From Squalus acanthias (taxonomy: Eukaryota): 64,000 nucleotides of DNA. The notes below the pieces were generated by a model. It had not been told where the DNA came from and did not search any database. It was given only the letters and a program-made list of their open reading frames with translations. A program made the position numbers and the translations under genes. Location: assembly GCA_030390025.1 (NCBI GenBank), contig CM059431.1:135844001-135908000 (forward strand). Reading direction: 5' to 3'. Below are positions 23,469 to 36,931 of the stretch, piece by piece. Each line of letters opens with the position of its first letter. Position 1 is the stretch's first letter.

Positions 23469-24914
23469 AGTAGAACTACACTGATACATACTGTTGGTCT
23501 CCTGTACCCAAGTCACTAACCTTATTTAAATGCATTTTGCTTAGGAGTACTACACTATAATAGATTTTATCATGACAATTTTTCACACAAATTAATTAAT
23601 TAGTTTTATAGACAAGTATTTAAATGGTGTTTCTATTAATAGTGTTCTCAAATTAATCTTAGCTTTCCAAACCTGTCAGATAACATTTTGTATATTCACT
23701 TTTAGGACCATGCTAACTAATCAAAATTTTAAAAACTTCACTATTTGCACTTTCTCAATCTGATAATATTCAAAATAAATTCATGATATGAGACCTTTGA
23801 ACTGTGATTTGTGCGGTCCTGGCTTACGGTGCCTCAACGCCCTTGCGATTTTGTAGTTCATGGTTAGTTTATGGCAGCAAAGCCTAGAGTTCTTCCCATA
23901 CGGTATGGCAGTGAGCAAGGAACCCTTTGAAGGCTCTGTCATTGATTCCTGCACACCACATTAATTCTGATTTGCTATGAAATGGATTAAACATAATTGA
24001 AAGTGAAGCGGCTTCCAGGAAGAATATGTGAAGAAAACGTCTCAACTGACAAGAAAGGCTTAGGGTAAGAAGATTATGAATTAAACTGGAATGGTAGCCA
24101 CAGAGACAGGGGCATTGTTTAATTTAATCATCAATGCAGGTGGTTGGAGACTTTAATCTCGAAACTTCAAGGCCATTTGTGTCAAGAACAGCCTTTGTAC
24201 CTCACAGGTCATCTAAAGCAGAATCATTTTTTATTCTCCTTTAGGTCCTAATTATATCACATTTGTATCTTGTTCATTGTACAGAGAACAAAGAGGATTA
24301 TCACCCTGATTGGGTGCGTTCACATGACTAATGTAGGATTAGTGAAGCAGCCATAACAAACACAGTTCATCTTGCCCTTTGAGCAGGAGATGAAGGGGCA
24401 GATTTAGGTCAGCAGATTGATAGCTCTGCATCTAAATGGATTAGCTTTGGCACTGCATATCGGCACAGCCATGCCAAGGAACAGCAGTTCTTCATCTAAC
24501 TGCCAGATTCCAACTGGCAGGCTACTTTTTTTGAAGATGAAAATTCAAGTTAAGAGTGTGATATTACAGTGAGTTAGAAGTGTTTACCTGGGTGCAGCTT
24601 ATGTACTAGCATAGAAAGGACAATCATTGGCTTTTAAATGAACCTAAAATAGGGTTCAAAGTAAACCCATTTGCAGATGTTCACTCTGCCTGTTTACGTT
24701 TTTTTACTTCATAAATACCACACATTTGTAATTCACTTGAACTCAATTGGTTTTGGTTCTCAAATCTTGCTGAATAAACTTTCTTTTTCATAGCAAAATC
24801 CAAAGAACATACTGACTGTATTCATCTTTTTCTTAAGTTTCAGAAATCTGATTTAATATTCTTTCCATAGAATATCTTTGTATAAACTGTACCACTCGTT
24901 GACGTATCTCAACA

Positions 24915-27900
24915 AGTGTGACTGCGAGTCAGGAAGGTATGGGGACCCAGGATATAGTGCTGGAGGAACCTCAGCCCTTGACCTTGTCCGACAGGTATGA
25001 GGTATTTGCTACCTGTATGGATGAGAATCAGGACTGCAGGGAGGATGGGCAAACTGACCACGGCACTGTGGTACAGGAGGCCATTCAAGTGGGGGGAGTA
25101 AAAAGGAATGTGGTAGTGGTAGGTGACAGTATAGTCAGGGTGATAGATATTGTTCTCTGCAGCCATGACAGGGAGTACCGAAGGCTGTGTTGCCAGGGTT
25201 AAGGATATCTCCTCGTGGCTGGAGAAGAACTTGGAGTGGGGGGGGGAGGATCCAGTTGTCATGGTCCACGTAGGAACCAACGACATGGGTAGAACTAGGA
25301 AGGAGGTTTTGCTGAGGAAGTCTGAGGAGCTAGGATCCTAATTAAAAGCAGAACGTCAAAGGTAATAATCTCTGGATTGTTACCTGAGCCACACGCAAAT
25401 TGACATATGGACAATCAGATTAGAGGTTTAAATGCGTGGTTCAAAGAGTGGTGTGGGAGGAAGGGGTTTCAGTTCATGGGGCACTGGCACCAGTACTGGG
25501 GAAAGAGGGAGCTGTTCTGTTGGGACGGGCTCCACTTAAATCGGGCTAGGACCAGTGTCCTGGTGAATTGAATAACTTGGGCAGTCGACAGGGCTTTAAA
25601 CTGATGAAGGGGGGTGGGAGGATTCAGGAAAGAGTAAACTTAAAAGCAGTAAGAGAAATGACAAGGCTCTAGAGCAGACTAGAGTTTTGGGTAAAACTAA
25701 GCAGAGTGGGTCAGGAAGGGACAGAGAGAGTAACAAAGGTAATAGGGCATCAGTGACTAAGGTGACATCAGGGAAAAATAGAAAAAGGTCAAAGCTAAAG
25801 GCACTATATCTGAATGCGCGAAGCATTCGCAACAAAATAGATGAATTAATAGTGCAGGTAGAAATTAACAGGTTTGATCTGATAGCCATAACAGAGACAT
25901 GGTTGCAAAGTGACCAAGGTTGAGAACTAAATATTCCAGAATACTTAACTTTTAGAAGAGATAGGCAAAATGGAAAAGGAGGAGGGGTAGCCCTGATAAT
26001 AAAGGATGGGATAAAAACAGTAGAGAGAAAGGATCTTAGCTCCAAAAATCAAGAAGTCAAATCAGCTTGGGTGGAGCTAAGAAACAGCAAGGGGCAGTAA
26101 ACATTGGTGGGAGTTATTTATAGGCCCCCAAACAGTAGTTGTAATGTAAGGCAGAGTATACATCAGGAAATTAGAGGCGCATGTTACAAGGGTAATACAG
26201 TAATCATGGGGGACTTTAAAATCTACATATAGACTGGACAAATCAAATTTCCAGTAATAGTGTGGAGGACGAATTCATGGAATGTATACAAGATAGTTTT
26301 CTAGATCAGTATGTTGAGGAACCAACTAGAGAACATGTTATTTTAGATCTAGTATTGTGCAATGAGAAAGGGTTAATTAATAACCTTGTAGTAAAGAGGC
26401 CTTTAGGGAAGAGTTACCATAATATGATAGAATTTAATACTGAATTTGAAAGTGATTTTGTTTAATCCGAAACTATGGTCTTAAATCTAAACAAAGCAAA
26501 CTACGTAGGTATGAGGGGCGAGTTGGCTAAGGTAGATTGGGAAACTAAATTAAAAGGTATGACAATAGAGAAGCAATGGCTAGCATTTAAAGAATTAATA
26601 CATAATTTTGCAACAAATATACAATCCTTTAAAGCACAAAAACCCACAGGAAAAGTGATCCAAACATGGCTAGCAAGAGAAGCTAAAGTTAGTATTAGAT
26701 CAAAGGAAGAGGCTTATAATGTTGCCAAAAAGAGTAGTAAGACTGAGGATTGGGAGGATTTCAGAATTCAACAAAGGAGGACCAAGAAATTGATAAGGAA
26801 AGATAAAAAAGAATATGAGAGACATAACAACAGATTGTAAACATTTCTATAGGTATGTAAATAGGAAGAGATTAGTGAAAGTAAACGTAGGCCCATTAGA
26901 GGCAGAGACAGAAGAAATTATAATGGGCAATAAGGAAATGGCAGAGACATTCATAGAATCATAGAATGGTTACAGCACGGAAGAAGGCCATTCGGCCCGT
27001 CGAGCCTGTGCCGACTCTCAGCTAGACCCACTCCCCTGCCCTTTCCCCGTAGCCCTGCAATCTTTTTTCTTTCAGATACTTAGCCAACTCCCTTTTGAAA
27101 GATAAGATTGAGTCTGCCTCCACCACTATTTCAGGCAGCGCATTCCAGATCTTAACCACTCACTGCGTAAAAAAGGTTTTTCTTATGTCGCATTTGGTTC
27201 TTTTGCCAATCACCTTAAATCTGTGTCTTCTGGTTCTCGACCCTTCTGACAATGGAAACACTTCCTCTCTATCTACCCTGTCCAGATCCCTCATGATTTT
27301 GAACACATCTATCAAATCTCCTCTCAATCTTCTCTGCTCCAAGGAGAACAACCCCAGCTTCTCCAGTCTATCAATGTAACTGAAGTCCCTCATTCTTGGA
27401 ATCATTCTTATAAATCTTTCCTGCACCCTCTCTAAGGCCTTCACATCCTTCTTAAAGTGTGGTGCCCAGAATTGGACACAGTACTCCAGTTGGGGCCAAA
27501 CCAGTGTTTTATACAGGTTCATCATAATTTCCACACTTTTGTACTCTATACCTCTATTTATGAAGCCCAGGATCCCGTAAGCCTTTTTAACTGCTTTCTC
27601 AACCTGCCCAGCCATCTTCAACGATTTATGCACACATACCCCCAGGTCTCTCTGTTTGTGCACCCCCTTTAGGATTGTACCATTTAGTTTATATGTCCTC
27701 TCCTCATTCTTTCTACCAAATCTCATCACTTCACGCATTAAACAAATACTTTTGTATCTGTCTTCACAGTAGAAGATACAAAAAACATTCCAGAAATAAT
27801 GGGGAACCAAGGGTCTAGAGAGAATGAGGAACTTAAAGAATTCAGTATAAGTAAAGACATAGTACTGGCAAAATTAATGTGACTAAGTGGCGACAAATCC

Positions 27901-29370
27901 CCTGGACCTGTCGACCTGCATCCTCAGGTTTTAAAAGAGGTAGCTGCAGAGATAGTGGATGCACTGGTATTAATCTTCCAGAATTCCCTAGATTCTAGAA
28001 CAGTCCCCAAGGATTGGAAGGTAGCAAACAAAATCCCGCTATGTAAGAAAGGAGGAAGAGAAAAAACTGGGAACTATAGGCCAGTTAGCCTGACTTCAGT
28101 AGTAGGCAAAATGCTAGAATCTATTATTAGGGACTTGGTAACAGGGCACTTAGAAAATCATAATATGTTTAGGTAGCCCCAACATGGTTTTATGAAAGGG
28201 AAATCGTGTTTGACAAATCTGTTTTTTGAAGATGTAACTAGTAGGACGGATAAGGGGGAACCAGTGGATGTAGTGTATTTGGGTTTTCAAAAAGCATTCG
28301 ATAAGGTGCCACACAAGAGGTTATTACACAAAATTAGGGCTCATGGGATTGGGGGTAATGTATCAGCATGGATTGAAGAAAACAGAGAGTAGGAATTAGC
28401 GGGACTTTTTCAGTTCGCTGGCTGTAACAAGTGGGATACCGCAAGGATCAGTGCTTGGGCCTCAGGTATTTACATTCTATATTAATGAGTAGACTGAGTG
28501 TAACGTATCCAAGTTTGCTGATGATACAAAGTTAGGTGGGAAAGTAAGCTGTGAGGAGGACACAAAGAAGCTGCAGAGAGATATAGACATGTTGACTGAG
28601 TGGACAAGAACATGGCAAATGGAATACAATGTGGGGAAGTATGAAGTTATCCACTTTGGTAGGAAAAACAACAAAGCAGAATATTTTTTGAATGGTGAGA
28701 GACTGGGAAATGTTTGCATTCAGAGGGACCTGGGTGTCCTTGTACATGAATCACAGAAAGTTAACATGCAGGTACAGCAAGCAATTAGGAAAGCATATAG
28801 TATGTTAGCTTTTATTACAAAGGGATTAGAGTATAAGAGTAAAGAAGTCTTACTACAATTATACAGGGCATTGGTGAGGCCACACCTGGAGTACTGTGTA
28901 CAGTTCTGGTCTCCTTATGAGGAGAGATTGAGTAGACTAGGCCTATATTCCTTAGAATTTAGAAGAATGAGAAGTGATCTAATTGAAACATATAAAATTC
29001 TTAAGGGGCTTGACAGGGTTAATGCTGGGAAAATGTTTCCCCTGGCTGGGGAATCTAGAACCCAGGGTTACAGTCACAGAATAAGGGGTAGGACATTTAG
29101 GACTGAGATGAGGAAAAATTTTGTCACTCAAAGGGTTGTGAATCTTTGGAATTCTCTACCCCAGAGAGCTGTGGATGCTCAGTCATTGAGTATATTCAAG
29201 ACAGAGGTCGATAGATTTTTGGGAACGAGGGGAATTAAGGGATATGGGGATAGTGCGGGAAGGTGGAGTTGAGGTAGAAGATCAGCCATGATCTTGTTGA
29301 ATGGTGGAGCAGGCTCAAAAGAGCCAAAAGGCCTACTCCATCTCCTATTTCTTATGTCCTTATGTTCTTA
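24915..29370 (+). mobile_element. Near full-length degenerate CR1 LINE (ORF1 SGNH esterase and ORF2 APE-RT)
   Basis: VVVVGDSIVR and VHVGTNDMGR (ORF1); YLNARSIRNK and AITETWL (APE); RT motifs; TTCTTATG tail. Confidence 0.92.
26952..27735 (-). mobile_element. CR1 3' end inserted in a CR1
   Basis: CATAGAAT tail; LVWPQLEYCVQFW; CATT duplicated at the junctions. Confidence 0.9.
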
Positions 29371-29560
29371 ATACAATTTTTTTCACCATTAGGGGAAGGA
29401 TCTTTATTTTGATATATACCACAAGCATGAATTGTTTGTTACAATCTAGGCTAAGCTTGTGCATTTTTTGTGTCTGTCTTTTTGCATCTTTAGTAAATAC
29501 TTTAAAAATGCATGGTTGGGGTTCCCTCCCTGAAGCCATGAACATCAACAGAGACACTAC

Positions 29561-29727
29561 GGAGTTAAATTTCTGTGGAGGTTCTCCCAATCATCTACTG
29601 TGACTTTGGCAAAAGATCTGTAGAAACCTTGGAAAAAGTGTGTTTATGCCTTTTCTCCAGGGTTTCCACAGATCTTCGGCTAAAGTTGAGGCACAGGATT
29701 GGGGAACACCCCATGTAAGATTAACCC
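29561..29727. repeat. Old palindromic MITE (fold-back)
   Basis: AAGATCTGTAGAAACCTTGGA pairs with TCCAGGGTTTCCACAGATCTT; CCCAATC pairs with GATTGGG. Confidence 0.7.
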
Positions 29728-30361
29728 ATTTATGTTTATAACTGCTTTAGATGTGCATGGTACCAGAACCTTTCAAACTCTAGTGAGATGCCCAATGCAA
29801 CAAGAAATGATTCATCAAAGTGTTCAAGAATAGGGTTCAGCACTGCGCAACATAGGAAACATAGTAGCAGGTGGAATGACCGTGCTGAAACCAAATTGAT
29901 GATCATGGAAATATGAGCCTAAATTATCCAAGTTTGCACTGACAGTGAGGAACTTTATCTGTAGCCAATGTATATCAAATATTCGGAGTGATGTGCTTGC
30001 GATTTTCCAATTTCCTCAGGTGGCAAACATGATTATTTGCTTCTAGCTCATAGTCATAAAATTACCCCCATAATGCCCATTCAATACCAGTTCTGGAGGA
30101 TTGTTCCAAACAGCACAATGACTCCAAAGAATGGCTAGAATGAAGGCCTACAGTGAGAATCATTGAGACAACCTCAAGTCCTACTCCATTCAAAGGCTAA
30201 CAGTGGCAAGCATCTTTCCAGTGACTCAACTTCCCAAAGATTAGCATCTGATATTTTTGAAATATAATCTTATTAATAAAAGTGGTAATAATTTCAACTA
30301 CTTTTTCATATTTGCTAAAATATATTATTTTTTTATTTTTTAATAATTCATTTGATATACT

Positions 30362-31995
30362 GGCTGGGTGGTAGCGGGCATGATCGGAGGCGTGTCGGAT
30401 GGGAAAGTAGTTATTTTTGGGAGCGGGTATAAATTATATAAAGCTAGTTGTCAGACCCTTAAGAGTGGTTTTAACTTTACCTTTTAAATTTAAATTGATG
30501 ACCACGGGAAACACGCTGCTCGGGAACCATGTCTGTCAATCTGAGGTGGGAGTTCAGTGGCCATTGTTTAGTTGATTAGTTGAAACCATCAAATGTACTA
30601 TAAAAGCTCCCACCTGACAGATGATCACTTTCCTCAGCAGAAGCTGTTTCTTACTGCATTCCTAGTACAGATTCTGCAGGCTGCAGTCTTTCCAGCAAAG
30701 TCTCCATCCAGTGTCACCTCAATGGAAGAACTCACTCACCATTGCCAGATTGCTTCTGTCATCTCTACTTCACCTGCCATCTCGTCCATCAGCATGGGTG
30801 CCGTTTATACTGTCTCACCTTGGTCCTCAGAATCGGATCATGATCAGCCCCAACACCAACAACAACAACACCAACCTTCTCCGCAATCACCTGATGCTGC
30901 ACAGGACAGAGGGCATCAGCACCCGACCACATTGCTGCCCAGGAGGCCAGGGATGGCCTCATCATGGCCAGATTTACTTCACTTGATGCTGTACATCCAT
31001 ATGGCTGCCACATGATGCGCCAGGTTGGCATCATCCCACACCAACACCATAAAGCATCCCTACAATGTCCAAGCCATTCCTTTCACACTCATCACCATTT
31101 CAGGGGGTACCGTTATGTCTCACCATTCACTGCAACTCACGAAGCCACTTAAAAGGTGCACACAAATCTGTCCAAAACCGGAAAGTGTTGAAAATAAAGA
31201 TTTTTATGTTTGACAACACATTAACAGAACCTTTACATAAACATTGGATAAAACACCCAAGTGGCTACCCTTATGTGTTGTTAGTTGGTATGATTGCACT
31301 AGGATGAGGGTGAGTGTGAGGGGCAGCTAGTGAGATGGGGGTGTGAAAATGTAGATAGAGAGAGAGGGATGGGTAGACGTGCAAGGTGTGTTGGTGTGAG
31401 TAAGGATGTGCTGGAGTAGGGTTAGGAAGGCAGTGTGATGGGGATGTGATGACAGGCACAGCAGGATGAAGTTGAGTGTGGCTTTGTACTCATGTTTCCT
31501 GATCTAATGAGATCTTTGAAACGTTTGCAGCACTGCACCCTGGTCCTCCTAACCACTTCCCTGCTGGTGACCTCTCTGCAATCTCCAACCAGGCTGTTTA
31601 GGTCCCCTATGGAGGTCTCTTCTGCCCATTGGAAGAGGACCTTCCTGCATGCTCTGACTCCCTCCATAAGCATATGGAGGGAGACATCAGAGAACCTGGG
31701 TGCAGCCCTCTGCCTCTGTGCAGTCATTGTCAGCGTTTGCAGCACTCCAATGCTGTAGTGCACTGACAGCAGTATGTTACATTGACATTCAAATCCAATG
31801 CGGCCATGGCCCCTTTAAAGATCCCGGCTGAAAATGCATCATCGATGACGTCACCAGACCCGCACCATTTAATGCAGGATAGTTTTAATATGCCCTATTA
31901 AAGGAAAGTCATTTTCAGCAGCAGGATGGAAGCAGTAGCGACCCGCCATGGCCACCGCCCGCACCGGACCCACCCAGGTAGGGAAAATTCCGACC
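30362..31995 (-). mobile_element. PIF/Harbinger deletion derivative (family A)
   Basis: Inverted homologue of 32678-35230; end AAAATTCCGACC. Confidence 0.85.
31495..31727 (-). pseudogene. Harbinger Myb/SANT-like DNA-binding protein exon remnant
   Basis: MTAQRQRAAPRFSDVSLHMLMEGVRACRKVLF...RRTRVQCCKRFKDLIRSG (trihelix Myb/SANT pattern). Confidence 0.82.
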
Positions 31996-32677
31996 ACTGT
32001 CTTTTTTCATCACTTTTGAATCTAAACCCATTTTCCCTGATACAAGTTAATATTATCATATTAAATTGAAACAAAAGACATTTATTCATACGATGTGTTT
32101 CAGCACTTTCACTTTATATTCTGTCCGAGCATATATCATGATCCTTTATCCTCTGCGTTCTGATTTTCTTAACATATGCACATAGAAAGTATTTAGCCTT
32201 GACCAAGCAACTCACAAGTAAGTGATGCCATCCAGTTTCCATTCAGTTCATATTTGCAGCTATCAATTAAAGACTACACTGTCATAAAATGTAGATGGTT
32301 TGAACGCCGCACACAAATAAAAACAATCAGAGTTAATGCATCTATGTTTCTAAAGCTCTCCGAAGATTCATTATTAGGAAACAATATGCAGTGTCAGTGA
32401 AGTATCAGTGATAATTCTATTTCAATTTAGGCTTAGGGTCAATTGCTCCTGCTGTGGAACAGACAGCAGCATTGATCAGAACATCAGGTGTGGCGGTTAA
32501 TGCGCCCAGTTGGTAGTTGTTCTGATTTTCCAGTGAAATGAGTGGAAAATCAGGAGCGCTAAGTATCTAAGTATCTGAAGTCTATTCAAAAGTTATCTGA
32601 ATGGCTGCTATTACTGTTCCTAAAATATATCTGTATAATATATTTTAAAAGACACAGCAGTGAGTAGTAGACATTAT

Positions 32678-35230
32678 GGCCGCAATTTACTTACCTTGGC
32701 AGGTCCGTGGTGGGCGATGTTGGCGGGTCACGGCCCCGCTGCTGGCTCCATCCCGCTCTGTGAAATGACTTTCCGTTGATGGGGCTTGTTAAGCCCGCCC
32801 AGCGCATTTCCCGGGCCAATTAGAGGAAGCGGGTCTGGTGACATCATTCATGACGTGTCATCAGCCAGTTTCCTTAAAAGGACCATGTCCAAATTTATCT
32901 TGACATTTATGCTGTCAGTGTTCTACAGCATTAAGGTTCTGCAAACACTGACAATAACTGCACATATGCACAGGGCTGCACTCAGATTTTCCTATGACTC
33001 CCTCCATATGCTTAGGAGTCACAGCACGCAGGGAGCTCCTCTTCCCTTCTGATTGGTGGAAGAGACCTCCCCAGGACAACTAAACAGCCTGGTTGCACAT
33101 TGCAGAGGAGGGCACAAATATGGTCAGGAGGACCTGGGTGCAGTGGCGCAAAGCTTTCAATGACCTCAGTAGATCAAGAAACGTTAGTACAAAGCCACAC
33201 TCAACCTCATCCTGCTGTGCCTCTCATCACATCCCCATCACTCTGCCTTCCCTATCCTACTCCTGCACATCCTTACTCACACCAACTTACCTTGCACTCC
33301 ACCCATCCCTCTCTATCTATATAATCACATCCCCATCTCACTAGCCACCCCTCATACTCACCCTCATCCTAGTACAATCATACCCAACTAACAACATACA
33401 GGGTAGGCACTTGGGGGGGTTATCCAATGTTCATGTAAGGTTTCTGTTAATGTGGTGTCAAACATTGGAACCTTTATTTCCAACACTTTGCATTCTTGGG
33501 CAGATTTGTGTACACCTTTGGAAGTGGCTTAGTGAGTTGCAGTGAATGATGAGACATAACGGTACCCCCTGCAATGGTGATGAGTGTGAAAGGAATGGCT
33601 TTGGCATTGTAGGGATGCTTTATGGTGTTGGTGTGGGGTGGTGCCAACCTGGTGCATCATTTGGCAGCAGGGGTGTGCAGTGTCAAGTGAAGTAAATCTG
33701 GCCATGGTGAGGCCATCCCTGGCCTCCCGGGCAGCAATGTGGTCGGGTGCTGATGCTCTGTGTCCTGTGCAGCATCAGTTGATTGCGGAGAAGGTTGGTG
33801 CTGATGTGCCTGGTTAGTATGCAGGTGCAGCAAGTGATTAAGAAGGCAAATGGAATGTTGGCTTTCATTGCTAGGGGGATAGAATATAAAAATAGGGAGG
33901 TATTGCTTCAGTTGTACAAGGTATTGGTGAGACCGCACCTGGAATACTGCATACAGTTTTGGTGTCCTTACTTAAGGAAAGACATACTTGCTCTCGAGGC
34001 AGTGCAAAAAAGGTTCACTCGGTTAATCCCGGGGATGAGGGGGTGGTCATATGAGGAGAGGTTGGGTAGATTGGGACTCTACTCATTGGAGTTCAGAAGA
34101 ATGAGAGGCGATCTTATTGAAACATATAAGATTGTGAAGGGGTTGGATCGGGTGGATGCGGGGAGGATGTTCCCGATGACGGGTGAGACGAGAACTAGGG
34201 GACATAGTCTTAGAATAAGGGGCTGCTCTTTCAAAACTGAGATGAGGAGGAACTACTTCACTCAGAGGGTGGTAGGTCCATGGAATATGCTGCCACAAAA
34301 AGCTGTAGAAGCTACAACATTAATTAAATTTAAAACAGAAATAGACAGTTTCCTAGAAGTAAAGGGCATTAAGGGTTACGGGGAGCGGGCAGGAATTTGG
34401 ACATCAGTCTAGGTTCGGATCGGTCATGGCCCTGTGGGTAGTGGAGCGGGCCCAGGGACTGTGTAGCCTGATTCTGCTCCTATTTCGTGTGTGCAATTCT
34501 GTTAGATGCAGGAGATGGTTCTGTGATAGATAGTAGATTGGCGGTTAGGATCAGATCAGCCATGATCTTATTGAATGGCGGAGCAGGCTCGAGGGGCCGA
34601 TTGGCCTACTCCTGCTCCTATTTCTTATGTTCTTATGTTCTTATGCTGGTGTGCCTGGTGATGCTGGTGTTGGGGCTGATCGTAGTGGGATTCTGAGGAC
34701 CAAGGTGAGATAGTTTCAAGGGCACCCATGCTGATGGAATAGATGGCAGGTGAAGTAGAGATGACAGAAGCGATCTGTCAATGGTGGGAGAGGTAATGAG
34801 TTCAGACTGGATGGAGACTTGCGTAAAGACTTGCAGCATTCTGAATCTGTAGTGGAAATGTAGTTTCGAGAAGCTAGTGGTGAAGGGAACATTTTTCAAT
34901 CAGCTGGGAGCTTTGACTTGACATTTGAAGCTGTCAACTCATCAATTGATTCAATGGCCACTGACCTCCCACCTCAGCTTCACAGACGAGGTCTGGGCAC
35001 AGCAGGAAACCAGTGGGCGACCTGTCAAATTCAAAAAGCTGGGGGGGAAAAATTAAGTGGCTGTAAACAGCCACTAATGATTTTAATTGCCTCCCCCGCC
35101 GCTGCTCAGCGCTGACAGACCCTACATTTGTTAAAGGTGCATGGCGGCAGGTTCACATCGAGAAAAAAAACACTTTCCCACCCGACCCACCACCGATTGT
35201 ACCCGCTGACCCCCCAGCAAAATCCAGCCC
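32678..35230 (+). mobile_element. PIF/Harbinger deletion derivative (family A) with both ends
   Basis: GGCCGCAATTT...AAAATCCAGCCC; Myb remnant at 32960-33180 (RRTWVQWRKAFNDL); CR1 inserted at 33815. Confidence 0.87.
33815..34643 (+). mobile_element. CR1 3' end with TSD
   Basis: Open ORF2 C-terminus; (TTCTTATG)n tail; 16-bp TSD TGCTG[A/G]TGTGCCTGGT at 33799 and 34644. Confidence 0.93.
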
Positions 35231-35654
35231 ATGGACTCTAGAAGTTCCCTCCACCACCCACGTTAGGCTGACTGGCCTATAGTTACCTGGTTTATCTCTC
35301 TCCTCTTTGAACAGGGATGTAACAGTTGCAATCCTCCCGTCCTCTGGTACCACTCCTATATCTAAGGAGGATAAAATGAAAGAAATGCTTCGTATATTAC
35401 TTGCAGTGTTTTACTTTTTGCATATCTGTAGTATGAGATGAACACATTTATGTATCTATTTACCTGCAGTGGTTAAGGAAACACTTTATTTTTAGGACCT
35501 AATCAAGAATAGCTACTGCACTGTCTCTAGGGAGATCCCTTACAAACTTCTTTCCAAATTATTTCAATGGAGTTATGTATCCCTGCCCAGTTTCACATCC
35601 ATGTGCTGTCTTCTCTCCTACACCACTCAAGCTCGATTAAAAGAAGAACATAGG

Positions 35655-35842
35655 AGTTCCCTGTGTCCTGGCCAACGACTAACATAACCAATATAGATTA
35701 ACTGGTCATTCGTCTTATTGCTGTTTGTGGGACCTGTTATATTTACCTACGGTGACGATGCTTCAAATGTCATTAATTGGCTGTGAAGCGCTTCGGGATA
35801 TCCTGAGGACATGAAAGGCGTAAAATAAATGCATGTTCTTTC
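35655..35842 (+). mobile_element. Deu-domain SINE fragment
   Basis: ATTGCTGTTTGTGGGA...GTGAAGCGCTTCGGGA...TAAATGCATGTTCTTTC. Confidence 0.7.
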
Positions 35843-36407
35843 TGCCTCTGACTCAACACGAGCAACTCCATGAGAGCTCTGCTAGTATCATAGATAATTG
35901 TAAATAATATGAAGCTTTATGTATAAACACCAGCAATGTGGCAGCTACCATGCTTAGTAGAGATCTTTTGTAGGAAGTCGTAAGCCATGTAAACAATATT
36001 TCAACACTATCCATTCTTGCGCTGTTTTTGCTCTAACAGCAGGGAGCATTATTAATAAAATGACAAATATTTTCTCGAACTTCTTCCATTTCTATCTCAT
36101 TTTATGGAGTACTGGAAAATTATAAATGATCAAAATTAATACAAGCAATAGAAAATAGTAAAGTTTTAGATTTCTTTTCTCTAGAACTGTTTAATAAAGT
36201 TCAACAAATTGTATGTCATTACTTAAGGTACTGTTAAACTATCGAAATATTTTCAAATTTCAAGAGAAAATGCATTTAAGGTCAAGTGAATCATTCTTTC
36301 TGGGGAGGTGATTGGTAATGTATTGGCTTTTAATGAATTCATAACATTGCTGGTCTCAAGTATTTTGCAGATGTGGAGAAGCGCTTTGGGACATCCTAAG
36401 GAAGTTC

Positions 36408-36878
36408 TGTAAACTTGAGCTCATCCAAAACTCTGCTGCCTGTGTCCTAAAGTTCCGTTCACCCTTTTCCCCCCGTGCTAGCTGACCTACATTGGCTCCC
36501 GATCCAGCAACACCTTGATTTTAAAATTCTCATCCTTGTTTATAAATCCTTAAATGGGCTCGCCCCTATCGCCACAACCCTCTGAGATCTCTGCTTATCC
36601 CCAATTTTCATCATCCACCAGTGCTGGCCAATGCCTTCAACTGCCAAGGCCTTACGTTTTGGAATTGTCTCCCTAACTCTCTCCACCTCTCTACTTCTCT
36701 CTCCTCCTTTAGGACATTCGTTAAAACCTACCTCTTTGATCAAGCTTTTGGTCACCTGTCCTAATATCTCCTTATGTGACTCAGTGTCAAATTTTGTCTG
36801 ATAATGCTCCTGCGAAGCGCATTGGGACATTTTACTATGTTAAAGGCGCAATATAAATACAAGTTGCTGTTGTTGTTG
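36408..36878 (+). mobile_element. L2-clade LINE 3' end
   Basis: KLELIQNSAA...LADLHWLP...DFKILILVYKSLNGLAP; tail ATATAAATACAAGTTGCTGTTGTTG. Confidence 0.82.
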
Positions 36879-36931
36879 GAAGTGCATGTGCATTTTGTTT
36901 TCTATTTTGAAGTTATATTTATAAAAACTTT

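Noticed and set aside
23128..24064. Further host exons (23128-23189; donor at 24065)
   Set aside because: Weak acceptors or in-frame stops, and no consistent phase with the 16.3-16.6 kb exons.
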